61,594 bases of DNA, filler included, from 3 parts of 3 records of this genome joined end to end with filler, not necessarily neighbours in it, one strand, 5' to 3'; counted from the first letter of the whole stretch, positions 41,422 to 56,928 are shown. Notes: generated by a model not told the origin, from the letters alone. Numbers and translations are program-made.

Positions 41422-42099
41422 ATGAATTCTCCAATTAGTAGATTAGAAACTAAGCTCGGCTATCAGTTTAACGATGCTGAGCTTATTACTTTAGCGCTGA
41501 CTCACCGTAGCGCGAACGGTAAACATAATGAACGTCTTGAGTTTCTGGGCGATTCAATTTTAAGTTTTGTTATCGCAGATGACTTATATCATCGTTTCCC
41601 GAAAATTAACGAGGGCGATATGAGTCGTATGCGTGCCACGCTGGTTCGTGGACACACGCTTGCGGAACTGGGTCGTGAATTCGAGCTAGGAGATTACTTA
41701 AAATTAGGTCCAGGCGAGTTGAAAAGCGGGGGATTCCGTCGCGATTCAATACTGGCCGATGCTGTAGAAGCGATTATTGGTGCCATCTATTTAGACAGTG
41801 GCACAGAAGTGGTTCGTGGAATTATTTTGAGCTGGTATAAAACTCGCCTTGATGCGATTAAACCGGGTGTTTCTCAAAAAGATCCTAAAACTCGCTTACA
41901 AGAATTCTTACAGGGCAGAAGAAAACCACTACCTGTTTACACAGTGACTAATATTAAAGGTGAAGCACACAATCAGGAATTTACTGTTTCGTGTGATATC
42001 GCGGGTATTGGAATGCCTGTAATCGGTAAAGGTACCAGCCGCCGCAAGGCAGAACAAGCGGCTGCTGAAACTGCATTAGAGCAATTAAGTAATGTCTGA
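41422..42099 (+). CDS. rnc: Ribonuclease III
   Basis: [11 protein letters not shown]; ds[12 protein letters not shown]. Confidence 0.98.
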   Translation: MNSPISRLETKLGYQFNDAELITLALTHRSANGKHNERLEFLGDSILSFVIADDLYHRFPKINEGDMSRMRATLVRGHTLAELGREFELGDYLKLGPGELKSGGFRRDSILADAVEAIIGAIYLDSGTEVVRGIILSWYKTRLDAIKPGVSQKDPKTRLQEFLQGRRKPLPVYTVTNIKGEAHNQEFTVSCDIAGIGMPVIGKGTSRRKAEQAAAETALEQLSNV

Positions 42100-43069
42100 T
42101 AAAGAATTTGATATCGATGCGTTTTTCGCATCGGGTGAAGAAGAAGCGCAAGTAGAAGCATCATTGCCTGAGAACCAACACTGTGGTTTTGTAGCAATTG
42201 TTGGTCGCCCAAACGTGGGTAAATCAACCCTGCTGAACAAAATCCTTGGTCAGAAGATTTCGATCACTTCACGTAAGCCGCAAACCACGCGTCACCGTAT
42301 TATGGGTGTCGATACTGATGGTGATTACCAAGCGATTTACGTTGATACACCGGGACTTCATATTGAAGAAAAGCGCGCGATCAACCGTCTGATGAACCGC
42401 GCGGCAAACAGTTCATTGAGTGATGTGAATCTGGTTTTCTTCCTCGTTGATGGTACTCAGTGGACGGAAGACGATGAAATGGTTCTGACTAAGCTGCAAA
42501 AAGCGAACTTCCCAGTGGTTCTTTGTGTCAACAAAGTCGACAACGTGAAAGACCGTAACGAAGTGATGCTGCACATGCAGGCGATGTCTGAGCGTATGAA
42601 TTTCGTTGACGTTGTGCCAATCTCAGCGAAATTAGGTAAGAATATTGAAGTACTGCGTAAGCATGTACGCGACCACTTACCAAAAGCCATTCACCACTTC
42701 CCAGAAGAGTATGTGACGGACCGTTCACAACGCTTTATGGCATCAGAAATCATTCGTGAAAAACTGATGCGCTTTACTGGTGAAGAACTGCCTTATTCGG
42801 TTACGGTTGAGGTTGAGCGTTTCGATTACAACCCTGAAACTGACGGTTTCCATATCAATGCCCTGATTCTGGTTGAACGTATTGGTCAGAAGAAAATGGT
42901 GATTGGTAAAGCTGGCGAGAAGATCAAAACCATTGGTCGTGAAGCTCGTTTAGACATGGAAGAGTTGTTTGGCCGTAAGGTGTATTTAGAGACCTGGGTT
43001 AAAGTGAAATCAGGTTGGGCGGATGATGAACGAGCACTTCGTTCACTTGGTTATATCGACGATCTATAA
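42092..43069 (+). CDS. era: GTPase Era
   Basis: [20 protein letters not shown] domain VIGKAG. Confidence 0.98.
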   Translation: MSDKEFDIDAFFASGEEEAQVEASLPENQHCGFVAIVGRPNVGKSTLLNKILGQKISITSRKPQTTRHRIMGVDTDGDYQAIYVDTPGLHIEEKRAINRLMNRAANSSLSDVNLVFFLVDGTQWTEDDEMVLTKLQKANFPVVLCVNKVDNVKDRNEVMLHMQAMSERMNFVDVVPISAKLGKNIEVLRKHVRDHLPKAIHHFPEEYVTDRSQRFMASEIIREKLMRFTGEELPYSVTVEVERFDYNPETDGFHINALILVERIGQKKMVIGKAGEKIKTIGREARLDMEELFGRKVYLETWVKVKSGWADDERALRSLGYIDDL

Positions 43070-43102
43070 TTTCGCTTCAAAAGGTCACTAGACCTTAGTA
43101 TT

Positions 43103-43128
43103 CTGGCTCCATGATTGGGGCCAGTTTT
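43103..43128 (+). terminator. Hairpin/terminator between era and recO
   Basis: ctggctcca-tgat-tggggccag followed by tttt. Confidence 0.55.
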
Positions 43129-43166
43129 GTATCTGGTCTACTTTGTTCCTCTATTCGGATTCAACT

Positions 43167-43889
43167 ATGTCTGACGGTTTACAGCGTTGCTTTGTATTAC
43201 ACCGCCGCCCATACAGCGAAACCAGCTTAATTCTCGATGTCTTTAGTGAGGAATTTGGCCGGTTGAGCATCATGGCGAAAGGTGCACGCAGCAAACGTTC
43301 AACCACAAAAGGTGCGCTACAGGCTTTTACACCGCTACTTTTGAAATGGTCAGGCAGTGGTTCGATGAAAACCTTACGTCAGGCAGAACCCATCAGTTTA
43401 GGCTTGCCCTTAACCGGGATAAACTTGTATTCCGCCATGTATGTGAATGAGCTTATTGGCAGAGTTTTAATGCCTGAAGCTCCAGCTCCGGGCCTGTTTC
43501 ATGATTATCTGGCGGCATTAACCGAGTTGGCTCAGTGCGACAACCCAGAACCTGCGTTAAGGCGCTTTGAATTAGCCTTGTTGGCGGCAATGGGCTACGG
43601 GGTCGACTTTATTCACTGTGCGGGAACCGGAGAGCCAGTTGAAGCCAATATGACTTACCGATACCGAGATCAGAAAGGTTTTATTGCTTCGGTCAGGCGC
43701 GATAACCTGACTTTTCTGGGTAATGAACTAATAGCGATCAGTGAACGGCGCTTTAGCACAAAAGAGCAACTTCAAGCGGCAAAACGCTTTACACGTATCG
43801 CTTTAAAGCCGTATCTTGGCGGCAAACCTTTAAAAAGCAGAGAGTTGTTTAGACAAGCAGCTCCACCAAAATTAACTTCCAAAAGCTAG
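43167..43889 (+). CDS. recO: DNA repair protein RecO
   Basis: [34 protein letters not shown] at 43167. Confidence 0.96.
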   Translation: MSDGLQRCFVLHRRPYSETSLILDVFSEEFGRLSIMAKGARSKRSTTKGALQAFTPLLLKWSGSGSMKTLRQAEPISLGLPLTGINLYSAMYVNELIGRVLMPEAPAPGLFHDYLAALTELAQCDNPEPALRRFELALLAAMGYGVDFIHCAGTGEPVEANMTYRYRDQKGFIASVRRDNLTFLGNELIAISERRFSTKEQLQAAKRFTRIALKPYLGGKPLKSRELFRQAAPPKLTSKS

Positions 43890-43923
43890 TTGGCTTTTGA
43901 GTACAGAACATGGAGTGTAGGAA

Positions 43924-44655
43924 ATGAGCTCAATTTATTTAGGCGTTAATATTGACCACATCGCAACCGTACGTAATGCACGTGGGACTCAATACCCAGA
44001 TCCTGTTCATGCGGCAGAGATTGCAGAGCGCGCTGGTGCTGACGGCATAACCGTTCACTTACGTGAAGACCGTCGTCATATTAAAGATCGTGATGTTCGT
44101 ATCCTGAAAGAGACGATCCAGACTCGCATGAACTTAGAAATGGCGGTGACGGATGAGATGGTTGAAATTGCACTACAAACGCAACCTGAGTTTGTTTGTT
44201 TGGTTCCAGAAAAGCGCGAAGAACTGACTACAGAAGGTGGCTTGGATGTTATCGGCCAGTTTGAAAAAGTTAAATCCGCAACTCAAAAGCTGACAGAGGC
44301 TGGTATCAAAGTATCTCTGTTCATTGATGCAGACCGCGAACAAATTGATGCCGCGAAAAACTGTGGTGCGCCATTCATTGAGCTTCACACCGGGCACTAT
44401 GCGGATGCAGAAACAGAAGCTGACCAACAAGCTGAACTAAAGAAAATTGCAGCAGCAGCAAGCTACGCTTCTGATCAGGGCATTACTGTGAATGCAGGCC
44501 ATGGTTTGACGTATCACAATGTAGCTGCGATTGCTCAAATTCCAGAGATTTATGAGCTGAATATTGGTCACTCTATTATTGGTCGCGCTCTGTTTGATGG
44601 CTTGTCAAAAGCGGTTGCTGATATGAAAACGATCATGCAGGATGCTCGCCGTTAA
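43924..44655 (+). CDS. pdxJ: Pyridoxine 5'-phosphate synthase
   Basis: [39 protein letters not shown]. Confidence 0.98.
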   Translation: MSSIYLGVNIDHIATVRNARGTQYPDPVHAAEIAERAGADGITVHLREDRRHIKDRDVRILKETIQTRMNLEMAVTDEMVEIALQTQPEFVCLVPEKREELTTEGGLDVIGQFEKVKSATQKLTEAGIKVSLFIDADREQIDAAKNCGAPFIELHTGHYADAETEADQQAELKKIAAAASYASDQGITVNAGHGLTYHNVAAIAQIPEIYELNIGHSIIGRALFDGLSKAVADMKTIMQDARR

Positions 44656-45032
44656 TGATAGTAGGATTAGGAACTGATATTGCAGAAATTGAGCGCATTG
44701 AAAAAGCACTCAATCGCAGCGGTGAAGCTTTTGCCCAGCGTATTCTGACTGAAAAAGAGCTTGAAACGTTCAATGGTTTAAAGCAACAAGGCCGTTATTT
44801 AGCCAAGCGCTTTGCCGCTAAAGAAGCGGCTTCTAAAGCGCTAGGCACGGGCATTGCTCATGGTGTGAGTTTTCAGGATTTTGAAATCAGCAATGATGAA
44901 AATGGTAAGCCAGTTTTGACACTGACAGGTAAGGCTTTGCAGTTAGCGCAAGCGGCCGATGTTCAACATTGCCATATAACGATTTCCGACGAACGCAGCT
45001 ACGCAGTTGCGACCGTGATATTAGAATCTTAA
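44655..45032 (+). CDS. acpS: Holo-ACP synthase
   Basis: [27 protein letters not shown]. Confidence 0.97.
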   Translation: MIVGLGTDIAEIERIEKALNRSGEAFAQRILTEKELETFNGLKQQGRYLAKRFAAKEAASKALGTGIAHGVSFQDFEISNDENGKPVLTLTGKALQLAQAADVQHCHITISDERSYAVATVILES

Positions 45033-45047
45033 TTTCAGCGACAAAGT

Positions 45048-45075
45048 AAAAGAGGTGCTTTAAGCACCTCTTTTT
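45048..45075. terminator. Bidirectional terminator
   Basis: aaaagaggtgctt-t-aagcacctctttt. Confidence 0.85.
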
Positions 45076-45098
45076 GATCGTACGGTGTTAAGGCGTGG

Positions 45099-47885
45099 TT
45101 AACTTAACCAAGGTTTAGCACTCTCTTTGACCTTTTCCATTTCATCTTGCAGTTCGAACAGCTCAGGCTCGACGTCTTGTATTGTGGAACCTGAACGCAG
45201 CGCTTGCTCTAACGTTTCACACACTTTTTTCAGGTGAGGTACTCCGCTATATGAGCAGCTGCCATGCAGTTTATGGATATGGTGCAATAAATCTGAAGCA
45301 GAGTATTCGCTATCGTTGAGTGCCATTTCTACCACTTGATTGATTTCACCGAATGACGCAACCAGCATTTTCAGCATATCTTTAGCCAGATCTTCCTTGT
45401 TCGCCGCTTGTTTGAGAGCCTGTTGCCAATCGACAACCAGTTGTTTGTTGTTCGCTGGAAGTACTTCAACTTGTGCTTCTTCAATGACGATTGGTTCAGG
45501 ATGCTCACTCTGCTCGTTATTGGAGCTATCCATGGTTGGACTCCAGTGTTGCAATACCTGTTGCAGAATATGTTCTTCAATCGGTTTGGTTAAGTAATCA
45601 TCCATCCCCGCTTTGAGCAATCTGTCACGCTCGCCTATCATCGCGTGCGCAGTAACTGCAATCACTGGTGTGTTCGCGTTCAGTTCTAATTTTTTGATCG
45701 CATTACACGCCGTGACACCATCCATTTTCGGCATCTGAATATCCATCAAGATGATATCGAACTTATGGGCTTTGGCATGTTCAATCGCATCTTCACCATT
45801 GGTACAGGCGATAACGGTTTCTACTCGTTCTTTGAGCAGTGCGGTAATCAGTTTCAGGTTAGCAGGATTGTCGTCAACTGCCATTACCTTCAGTGCCAAT
45901 CGGTCTAAGTGCGGAAGAGGCTCAATGGTATTTTCAACTAAAGCTGGTTGATTCGCGATCAAGGTCTGCAAGAGTTTTTTGCGAGATAAAGGCTTGGTAA
46001 TACATTGAACTGGGTATTGCTGCATTAATAGATCCGCCAACGCAAGCTCAGTACTCGGAACCCCAATAACCACGTTATTCGCAATCGACAGTGCTCTTTC
46101 TGCCCACTGTTTCACCAGTAACTCGTCGGTCTCTTTATTCGGCGTTAAGTTGAGCAGTACGTAGTCGTAATGATCGGAGGTTTCAGGGAGGGCAGAGCGG
46201 TATACCACCGTCAGTCCTGCTTGAACCAAAGTATGCTGGACAATGGAAGCCGCTTGCATGTTTGGTTCAACAAGCAGAAGCTGTTTTCCGTGCAGCGTTT
46301 GCGGATCCAACCAATCTCTCATTGGCATTTCCGTTGTGGTTAAACGCAGTGTAAACCAGAATGTCGAGCCCTGATGCAAACGGCTGGTTAAGCTAATTTC
46401 ACCGCCCATTTGACTAACCAGTTTCTGAGTAATAACCAGACCAAGCCCCGTACCACCATAACGACGTGAAATACTTGCATCCGCCTGACTAAACGCTTGG
46501 AACAGTTGAGCTTGTTGACGCTCTGAGATACCGATACCGGTATCGCGCACCATAAACTGCAGTTCTACGTAATCGTCGCGTTGGGAACGAAGTTCGACAC
46601 TGATATCAATGTTGCCTCGTTCCGTAAATTTAATTGAGTTTCCGACTAGGTTAGTGAGTACTTGCTGAATGCGCAGCGGATCACCAACCAGCCCCGCAGG
46701 GATCTTAGGATCCACTTTCAGGGTAATTTCCAAGCCTTTCTCATGGGCGCTGGTGGCCTGTAAGTTCACTACCTCTTCTAACGAGTCTTGGAACTCAAAT
46801 GGGATATTTTCCAGTGCCAGTTTACCCGCTTCCAATTTAGAGAAGTCGAGAATGTCATTGATGATGGTTAATAGGTTGTTTGCTGATTTCTCAATGGTTT
46901 GCAGATAATCCGCCTGGCTTTTTGTGAGCTGGGTTTTCAACATTTGACGCGTAAAGCCAATCACACCGTTCAGCGGCGTACGTAGCTCATGTGACATGTT
47001 TGCTAAGAACTCAGATTTCACCCGAGCCGCTTCTTGGGCGCGTTTCTTCGCAATATCCAGCTCAACGTTTTGAATTTCTAGCTGCTCTAAGGTTTCACGT
47101 AAGTCAGATGTGGCTTGGTCGATACTGTGCTGCATCTCAACGTGATATTCCGATAGCGAAACCGCCATCGCGTTGATCCCTTTTTTCAGATCATCCAGTT
47201 CACCATGCATACGGCCTTCGATACGCACATCGAGATGACCACGACGAATTTTATCCACCACGTTTTTCATATGAATAATCGGGCGAGTGACGTCGTGCAT
47301 TAAGCGGAAAGCAAAAATACCAGACAGGACTAAACCGAAAATGAGTACCAAACAGGCAGAGAAGATTTCCTGATACTGTTGCAAACGCAGCGAGGAGAGG
47401 TCGAGTTCAATGGCGATGTAACCAAGCACCGGGGCGGAGGTTGTGTTTGCAGTGTTATCAGCCAGCAGTGTTTCGGCCAAAATAGGAGTACGTAGAATCA
47501 GGGTGTTTTCATCTAACTGAGAGCTGCTTAGTACCGGAATGGGTTTATCCTTCGGGTACATCAGAGATTCAAAATTAGGATGGAAGTTTGAGGTTACAAA
47601 CAGCTCATGGTTAGCATCGAATACCGCAATACTGCGAACAATGTTGGAATTTTTACGATGAGCATAACTAATAATGCGCCGTACCGATTCCCGGCTTTGG
47701 ATTTTTAACGATTCTTCACTGGCAATCGCAAGCGGTTCAATAATGCTAGCACCAGAATTGAGTACTTGAGTCTCGAGATCGTGATAGCGATTGAAGGAGA
47801 ACAACGCACTCAAAAGCAGGCCGATAATCAAGGTCGGAGCCAAAGTGAGTGTAATTACACGTGCGCGTAAGCCGTATCTGGTCAT
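45099..47885 (-). CDS. barA: Hybrid sensor kinase BarA/VarS/GacS
   Basis: MTRYGLRARV, HAMP, FLANMSHELRTPLNG, receiver LMDIQMP, Hpt HKLHGSCSYSG. Confidence 0.96.
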   Translation of the reverse strand: MTRYGLRARVITLTLAPTLIIGLLLSALFSFNRYHDLETQVLNSGASIIEPLAIASEESLKIQSRESVRRIISYAHRKNSNIVRSIAVFDANHELFVTSNFHPNFESLMYPKDKPIPVLSSSQLDENTLILRTPILAETLLADNTANTTSAPVLGYIAIELDLSSLRLQQYQEIFSACLVLIFGLVLSGIFAFRLMHDVTRPIIHMKNVVDKIRRGHLDVRIEGRMHGELDDLKKGINAMAVSLSEYHVEMQHSIDQATSDLRETLEQLEIQNVELDIAKKRAQEAARVKSEFLANMSHELRTPLNGVIGFTRQMLKTQLTKSQADYLQTIEKSANNLLTIINDILDFSKLEAGKLALENIPFEFQDSLEEVVNLQATSAHEKGLEITLKVDPKIPAGLVGDPLRIQQVLTNLVGNSIKFTERGNIDISVELRSQRDDYVELQFMVRDTGIGISERQQAQLFQAFSQADASISRRYGGTGLGLVITQKLVSQMGGEISLTSRLHQGSTFWFTLRLTTTEMPMRDWLDPQTLHGKQLLLVEPNMQAASIVQHTLVQAGLTVVYRSALPETSDHYDYVLLNLTPNKETDELLVKQWAERALSIANNVVIGVPSTELALADLLMQQYPVQCITKPLSRKKLLQTLIANQPALVENTIEPLPHLDRLALKVMAVDDNPANLKLITALLKERVETVIACTNGEDAIEHAKAHKFDIILMDIQMPKMDGVTACNAIKKLELNANTPVIAVTAHAMIGERDRLLKAGMDDYLTKPIEEHILQQVLQHWSPTMDSSNNEQSEHPEPIVIEEAQVEVLPANNKQLVVDWQQALKQAANKEDLAKDMLKMLVASFGEINQVVEMALNDSEYSASDLLHHIHKLHGSCSYSGVPHLKKVCETLEQALRSGSTIQDVEPELFELQDEMEKVKESAKPWLS

Positions 47886-48051
47886 TATTATCTAAACATC
47901 ATGGTGTGGATATGGGAAAATAACCGACTAAACAGTTGGCCAGTTATTTAAATAATTATGGTTAGCTTAATTCAATACCCTAAGCTTCTACAATGCTCCC
48001 CAAGCAGAATATTGAAGCATGGGTCAAAACAATGACATTTAGGCAAAAAAC

Positions 48052-49371
48052 ATGGCACGTTTCTTTCAACCGAAAAAGCGCAGCGCTTTAGATACTAAAC
48101 ATCAGGCTGTGAGCATTGAAAAGCTCGATCATCTAGGCGCAGGGATTGCTTACCTCAACAAAAAGCCGGTTTTTATAGAGGGAGCACTAGCCGGTGAAGA
48201 GGTTTTGATGCAACTGACTGAAAGCAAAAGTAAGTTTGCTCGAGGTAAGTTGATTAAAATCCTTAAGCCGAGTTCTCAACGTGTTGACGCTTTTTGCCCA
48301 CATTACCATCAATGTGGTGGTTGTGATTTACAACATCTTGCACGAGAAGCGCAAACTGAACACAAACAGCAGGCGTTAAGTCAGTTAATGAGCAAGTTTG
48401 CCGGACAACAGCTTGAACTATCCGCACCCGTTACCGGGAGTGATAAAGGTTATCGCCGCCGTGCTCGAATTAGCGTGATGTGGGATAAAAAAGCGCGCCA
48501 GTTGAAGTTTGGTTTCCGCCGTAAGCAGAGTAAAGATATTGTCACAGTGACAGACTGCGCGGTGTTAGAGCCAAGCTTGAATAAGCTTTTGCCTCAACTC
48601 AATGAATTGCTTAATCAGTTTAAAAAGCCGGAACAACTGGGGCACGTTGAACTGGTTAAGGGGGATAACACCTCTGTATTGGTTCTGCGTCATCTATCAC
48701 CGTTGGCCGATAAAGATCTTACGGCATTAAAACAGTTTGCTGAACATCATCAATTAACGCTGTACGTTATGCCTGCGGCGAATGAGTTGGTTCAGCTGGC
48801 TGGTGAACAAGCTAGCTATCAGGAAGTGGGGGTAACCATCCCATTTTTGCCGAGTAATTTTATTCAGGTTAATCAGCATGTGAACCAAAAAATGGTGGCA
48901 CAGGCGATAGAGTGGTTGGACGTTAAAAGTGATGACCGTGTGTTAGATTTGTTCTGTGGTCTAGGTAACTTCAGTCTTCCATTAGCCAAACTGGCGAAAC
49001 AAGTTGTGGGTATCGAAGGCGTGCAGGAAATGGTGGATATCGCTAAAACCAACGCGCAGTTCAATGATATTGATAATGCAGAGTTTTATCAGGCCAACCT
49101 TGAGGAAGAACTTGCGAATCAAAACTGGGCGCAAGGGAAGTTTAATCGAGTGTTGTTAGATCCAGCACGGGCTGGTGCCGCTGGCATTGTTGAACAACTC
49201 GCGAACTTTGGCGCAGAGCGGGTTGTGTATGTCTCGTGTAATCCTGCTACGCTTGCCCGTGACAGTCAGAGTTTGTTAGAACAAGGTTATCAGCTTCAAA
49301 AGCTGGGTATGTTGGACATGTTTCCGCATACCAGTCATTTAGAATCCATGGCTCTATTTGTTAAACAATAA
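48052..49371 (+). CDS. rlmD: 23S rRNA (uracil1939-C5)-methyltransferase
   Basis: TRAM domain, [38 protein letters not shown]. Confidence 0.96.
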   Translation: MARFFQPKKRSALDTKHQAVSIEKLDHLGAGIAYLNKKPVFIEGALAGEEVLMQLTESKSKFARGKLIKILKPSSQRVDAFCPHYHQCGGCDLQHLAREAQTEHKQQALSQLMSKFAGQQLELSAPVTGSDKGYRRRARISVMWDKKARQLKFGFRRKQSKDIVTVTDCAVLEPSLNKLLPQLNELLNQFKKPEQLGHVELVKGDNTSVLVLRHLSPLADKDLTALKQFAEHHQLTLYVMPAANELVQLAGEQASYQEVGVTIPFLPSNFIQVNQHVNQKMVAQAIEWLDVKSDDRVLDLFCGLGNFSLPLAKLAKQVVGIEGVQEMVDIAKTNAQFNDIDNAEFYQANLEEELANQNWAQGKFNRVLLDPARAGAAGIVEQLANFGAERVVYVSCNPATLARDSQSLLEQGYQLQKLGMLDMFPHTSHLESMALFVKQ

Positions 49372-49525
49372 GGTCGAATCAAAGACTCAAAAATAAAAAT
49401 CAAAAATGTAAAACTTGGTTATTGAACGGACTTCCGCAGTCGAACAAGGGTAGAATAGGCTCTTCAGAGTTTTGTAGGTCAGTTGGCCTTAGCTTGCAGA
49501 AGAATAAAAGAATTAGGAAATAAAG

Positions 49526-51745
49526 ATGGTCGCGGTACGTAGCGCACACTTAAACCCAGACGAACAGTTTGAGCTAGAAAAATGGATTTCTAGTTTACGA
49601 CAAGATCCCAAAACATCAGCCAAGCTCACAGAGGTGTATCACCAATGTGAAAGCTTTTTAGTCGGAAACGCTAAAGGCCCGCTGTTGTTATGGCGCGGTC
49701 GTGAAATGATAGAGATCCTCATTACTTTATCCATGGATAGACCAACGCTGGTGGCGGCGTTGTTGTTCCCAATTGCGACCAGTGGCTTAGTGGATCGCGA
49801 AGAATTCGAAGAACATTACGGGAAAGAGATCATTAAATTAATCGCTGGTGTCGAGGAGATGGCAGCGATTGGTCAATTAAACATTACGATGCAAGGCAGT
49901 GAAGCTTCAGCACAGGTCGATAACGTACGTCGCATGTTGCTGGCTATGGTTGATGATTTCCGTTGCGTGGTTATTAAACTTGCTGAACGAATCTGTAATC
50001 TGCGCGAAGTAAAAGATCAGCCAGATGACGTTCGTCGTTCGGCGGCGAAAGAGTGTGCCAATATTTATGCGCCATTGGCGAACCGTTTAGGCATCGGCCA
50101 GCTTAAGTGGGAAATTGAAGATTACGCCTTCCGCTATCAGCAGCCGGATACGTATAAGCAGATAGCGAAACAATTGTCTGAGCGTCGTATCGTTCGTGAG
50201 CAGTACATTCGTGATTTCGTTGATAACCTAAGTGCAGAGATGAAGGCGTGTAACATCAATGCAGAAGTGAGCGGACGTCCAAAACACATCTACAGTATCT
50301 GGCGTAAGATGCAGAAGAAGAACTTGGCATTTGATGAACTGTTTGATGTTCGTGCCGTTCGTATCATCGCCGATAAACTGCAAGATTGTTACGCTGCACT
50401 GGGGGTTGTACACACTCAGTTTAGTCATCTGCCGAATGAGTTTGATGATTATGTGGCGAATCCGAAACCCAACGGTTATCAATCGATTCATACCGTCATT
50501 CTCGGGCCTGAAGGCAAAACCATCGAGATTCAGATCCGTACCAAGCAGATGCATGAAGAGTCTGAGTTAGGGGTTGCTGCGCACTGGAAATACAAAGAAG
50601 GTGCCAGTGGTGGTCGCAGTGGTTACGATGAAAAAATTACCTGGTTGCGTAAACTTATCGACTGGCAAGAAGAGATGTCAGACTCTGGCGAAATGCTGGA
50701 TGAACTGCGTAGCCAAGTGTTCGATGATCGTGTGTATGCGTTTACGCCACGTGGTGATGTGGTTGATTTGCCGATGGGCGCTACGCCACTCGATTTCGCT
50801 TACCACATTCACTCTGAAGTGGGCCACCGCTGTATCGGTGCGAAAGTGGGCGGCCGTATCGTTCCTTTTACCCATAAACTGCATATGGGTGATCAGGTCG
50901 AAATTATTACAGCCAAAGAACCGAACCCTTCTCGTGACTGGTTGAACCCAGCGACAGGTTTCGTACACTCTGGCCGTGCTCGTGCGAAGATTAATGCGTG
51001 GTTCCGTAAACAGAGCCGTGAGAAAAACCTCGAAGCAGGGCGTGAGATCCTTGAAGCTGAGTTGGCAAAAATTGGCGCAACGTTAAAAGATGCGGAGCAA
51101 TATGCTCTGAAACGTTTTAACGTCAATAGTGCCGATGAGTTGTTTGTTGGTGTGGGCAGTGGTGATTTGCGTATTAATCAAATTATCAACCATATCAATG
51201 CATTAGTGAATAAGCCGACCGCTGAAGAAGAAGATAAGCTAGCACTAGAGAAGCTGCAAGACGAATCTAAATCGATGTCACATCAACGTCCGCAAAAAGA
51301 TGCGGTGGTGGTGGAAGGGGTTGATAACCTGATGACTCACCTTGCGCGTTGTTGTCAGCCAATTCCAGGTGACGAGATCAAAGGCTACATTACACAAGGG
51401 CGTGGTATTTCAGTACACCGCAGTGATTGTGAACAGCTTGAAGAATTAAGCCATCATGCGCCAGAACGTATCATTGATACGGTTTGGGGGGCAGGATTTG
51501 TTGGCACTTATCTTCTTACCTTGCGTGTAGAGGCAATGGAGCGTGGTGGATTATTGAAAGATATCACCAGCTTGTTGGCGAATGAGAAGATCAAGGTCAT
51601 CGCGATGAAGAGTCGCAGCGATTACAAACGTCAGATCATCATCATGGACTTTGAGTTAGAAGTGAACAACATCGAAGTGTTGGCGCGAGTATCAAAACGC
51701 GTAGAACAAATCAAAGACGTTGTGCTCGTTAAACGTCTAGGATAA
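49526..51745 (+). CDS. relA: GTP pyrophosphokinase RelA
   Basis: MVAVRSAH, GRPKHIYSIW, NGYQSIHT, TGS and ACT domains. Confidence 0.98.
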   Translation: MVAVRSAHLNPDEQFELEKWISSLRQDPKTSAKLTEVYHQCESFLVGNAKGPLLLWRGREMIEILITLSMDRPTLVAALLFPIATSGLVDREEFEEHYGKEIIKLIAGVEEMAAIGQLNITMQGSEASAQVDNVRRMLLAMVDDFRCVVIKLAERICNLREVKDQPDDVRRSAAKECANIYAPLANRLGIGQLKWEIEDYAFRYQQPDTYKQIAKQLSERRIVREQYIRDFVDNLSAEMKACNINAEVSGRPKHIYSIWRKMQKKNLAFDELFDVRAVRIIADKLQDCYAALGVVHTQFSHLPNEFDDYVANPKPNGYQSIHTVILGPEGKTIEIQIRTKQMHEESELGVAAHWKYKEGASGGRSGYDEKITWLRKLIDWQEEMSDSGEMLDELRSQVFDDRVYAFTPRGDVVDLPMGATPLDFAYHIHSEVGHRCIGAKVGGRIVPFTHKLHMGDQVEIITAKEPNPSRDWLNPATGFVHSGRARAKINAWFRKQSREKNLEAGREILEAELAKIGATLKDAEQYALKRFNVNSADELFVGVGSGDLRINQIINHINALVNKPTAEEEDKLALEKLQDESKSMSHQRPQKDAVVVEGVDNLMTHLARCCQPIPGDEIKGYITQGRGISVHRSDCEQLEELSHHAPERIIDTVWGAGFVGTYLLTLRVEAMERGGLLKDITSLLANEKIKVIAMKSRSDYKRQIIIMDFELEVNNIEVLARVSKRVEQIKDVVLVKRLG

Positions 51746-51769
51746 CTACTTCGACCCAAAGTGATAAAT

Positions 51770-51799
51770 AAAGGTAAGCGGTTCAACGCTTACCTTTTT
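51770..51799 (+). terminator. Terminator after relA
   Basis: aaaggtaagcg-gttcaa-cgcttaccttt. Confidence 0.75.
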
Positions 51800-51818
51800 G
51801 TTTTATAAGGAATAAATA

Positions 51819-52622
51819 ATGAATCACCCAATCGAACAGCTGGTAGAAATTATGGCGCAGCTTCGTGACCCTGAAACTGGCTGCCCTTGGGATAAGAAAC
51901 AAACCTTTGAGACCGTGGTGCCACACACCATTGAAGAAACTTATGAGGTCGTGGATGCGATTCATAATCAAGATTGGACCAATCTTAAAGAAGAGCTGGG
52001 GGATCTGCTGTTTCAGGTGATTTTTTACAGCCGTTTAGCTCAAGAACAAGATTTGTTTGATTTTAAGGATGTGGTTGAAACGGTGAACGAAAAATTGACT
52101 CGTCGCCATCCCCATGTTTTTTCAGATGCAAAATTCGAGAATGAAGCAGAACTGAATGAAAACTGGGAAAAAGAAAAATTGATGGAAAAAGCGCAAGCAG
52201 GCAAAAGCGAACAAAGTATTCTAGACTCTATACCACAGTCGCTTCCCGCACTGTCACAAGCCAATAAAGTTCAAAAAAAATGTGCTAAGTATGGTTTCGA
52301 TTGGGCCACGTTAGGGCCAGTCGTCGACAAGGTTCATGAAGAAATTGACGAAGTGGTCGCTGAAGCTATTGCGGTCGATATTGATGAACAAAAAGTTGAA
52401 GAAGAGCTGGGGGACTTACTTTTCGCTACCGTGAATTTAGTCAGGCACTTGAAAAAAGACCCTGAGGTTGCTCTTCGTAAAGCAAACAATAAATTTGTTC
52501 GCCGCTTTAAAGGCGTAGAAGCACAAGTTCGAGAACAAAATAAAGCACTGACAGACTGTTCATTAACGGAGCTGGATAGCATGTGGGATCGTGTGAAAAG
52601 GCGGGAAAAAGGTCTCGAATAG
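51819..52622 (+). CDS. mazG: Nucleoside triphosphate pyrophosphohydrolase MazG
   Basis: [24 protein letters not shown] twice. Confidence 0.96.
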   Translation: MNHPIEQLVEIMAQLRDPETGCPWDKKQTFETVVPHTIEETYEVVDAIHNQDWTNLKEELGDLLFQVIFYSRLAQEQDLFDFKDVVETVNEKLTRRHPHVFSDAKFENEAELNENWEKEKLMEKAQAGKSEQSILDSIPQSLPALSQANKVQKKCAKYGFDWATLGPVVDKVHEEIDEVVAEAIAVDIDEQKVEEELGDLLFATVNLVRHLKKDPEVALRKANNKFVRRFKGVEAQVREQNKALTDCSLTELDSMWDRVKRREKGLE

Positions 52623-52742
52623 ACACTTTTGGGACAAAACTAACTCAATTAAATTGCTTAGATCGCATTCTGTGATGAGGCTATTTGATTTGAAGCAAAA
52701 AATTAAAAACTGAGTGTGATAGATTTCACGTTGTGGCGGTAA

Positions 52743-54455
<1,713 letters not shown>

Positions 54456-54514
54456 CAAGGATATGGGCAGTTGCTTTAAGTTGTGCTGCTGCCCTTTATA
54501 GTTTTGACATTTAA

Positions 54515-55785
<1,271 letters not shown>

Positions 55786-55885
55786 NNNNNNNNNNNNNNN
55801 NNNNNNNNNNNNNNNNNNNNNNNNNNNNNTTAATTAATTAANNNNNNNNNNNNNNNNNNNNNNNNNNNNNNNNNNNNNNNNNNNN
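55786..55885. other. Artificial contig linker
   Basis: N44-TTAATTAATTAA-N44. Confidence 0.97.
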
Positions 55886-55907
55886 ACAACGCTGCGGATT
55901 CTGCACT

Positions 55908-56900
55908 CTAAAGACGCAGCATTGTCAGTCCCCAGGTGACTCCACCGCCAAAGCCCAGCAGCATGATGAGATCGCCTTCCTTGAGGCGTCCATCCTTACG
56001 GGCCTGATCCAGCAGGAGCGGGATCGATGCTGCGGACGTATTACCGTACTCTTCGATATTCATACCCAGCTTTTCGGGAGGCAGCTTCAGACGCTTACGG
56101 GTCGCTTCCATGATGCGCTTGTTCGACTGATGCGGAACCAGCATAGCCAGATCGTCTGCCGAATACCCGGTTGCCTCGAGGGCTTCATTGACCAGTTCGA
56201 TCAGCTTACCGACAGCCATCTTGAACAGATCGCCACCCTTCATCTGCATGTAGTGCTGACGATCTTTGACCGTCTGCTCGGAAGCGGGCATGGCACTGCC
56301 ACCGGCGGGAATCCACACCGCTTCTGCCTCACGACCCATTGCCCCCATTGTATGGTAGAGGATTCCAGGTTCCTGATCTCCTGTATATTCGAGTACTGCA
56401 GCGCCCGCTGCGTCACCGAAGAGAATGCAGGTTGAACGGTCCTGGTAGTCTGTTACGCTGGTCAACGTCTCTCCGCCTACAAGCAGAACGTTCCTGTAAC
56501 CCGCTGCAGCCATCAGGCTGCCCGCAGTAATCATGCCATAGACAAAGCCGCTGCAGGCGGCTGTCAGATCAAAGGCAGGAATATTCTCAAGACCCAGTTC
56601 GGCCTGAAGGAAGCAGGCAGTGGAAGGCAACGTTCTCTCGGGGGTGATTGTTGCGACCAGGATCAGATCAATATCTTTCGGTTCAAGACCTGCATCTTCA
56701 ATCGCACGCAGCGAAGCATGTTTGCACAGATGCAGAGTTCCCTGCCCCGGGGCTACCCGATGACGCTTCTTGATCCCCGTACGGGGATAGATCCACTCGT
56801 CTGAGGTATCCAGGTATGAAGCGAAGAAATCGTTGGTAAGCACATCATCAGGGACGTAGGAACCCGTCCCACGGATCTTAACCGGCAGGGTACGACTCAT
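55908..56900 (-). CDS. fabH: 3-oxoacyl-ACP synthase III
   Basis: DTSDEWI..RTGI, AACSGF, FGDAAGA, PHQSN, GNTSAAS, GFGGG. Confidence 0.96.
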   Translation of the reverse strand: MSRTLPVKIRGTGSYVPDDVLTNDFFASYLDTSDEWIYPRTGIKKRHRVAPGQGTLHLCKHASLRAIEDAGLEPKDIDLILVATITPERTLPSTACFLQAELGLENIPAFDLTAACSGFVYGMITAGSLMAAAGYRNVLLVGGETLTSVTDYQDRSTCILFGDAAGAAVLEYTGDQEPGILYHTMGAMGREAEAVWIPAGGSAMPASEQTVKDRQHYMQMKGGDLFKMAVGKLIELVNEALEATGYSADDLAMLVPHQSNKRIMEATRKRLKLPPEKLGMNIEEYGNTSAASIPLLLDQARKDGRLKEGDLIMLLGFGGGVTWGLTMLRL

Positions 56901-56928
56901 TACAATTATTATCCTGTCTTTGCAGGGG

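Noticed and set aside
51745-51819. Absence of mazEF between relA and mazG
   Set aside because: relA-mazG adjacency is the usual arrangement in Vibrio; mazEF at this position is an E. coli feature
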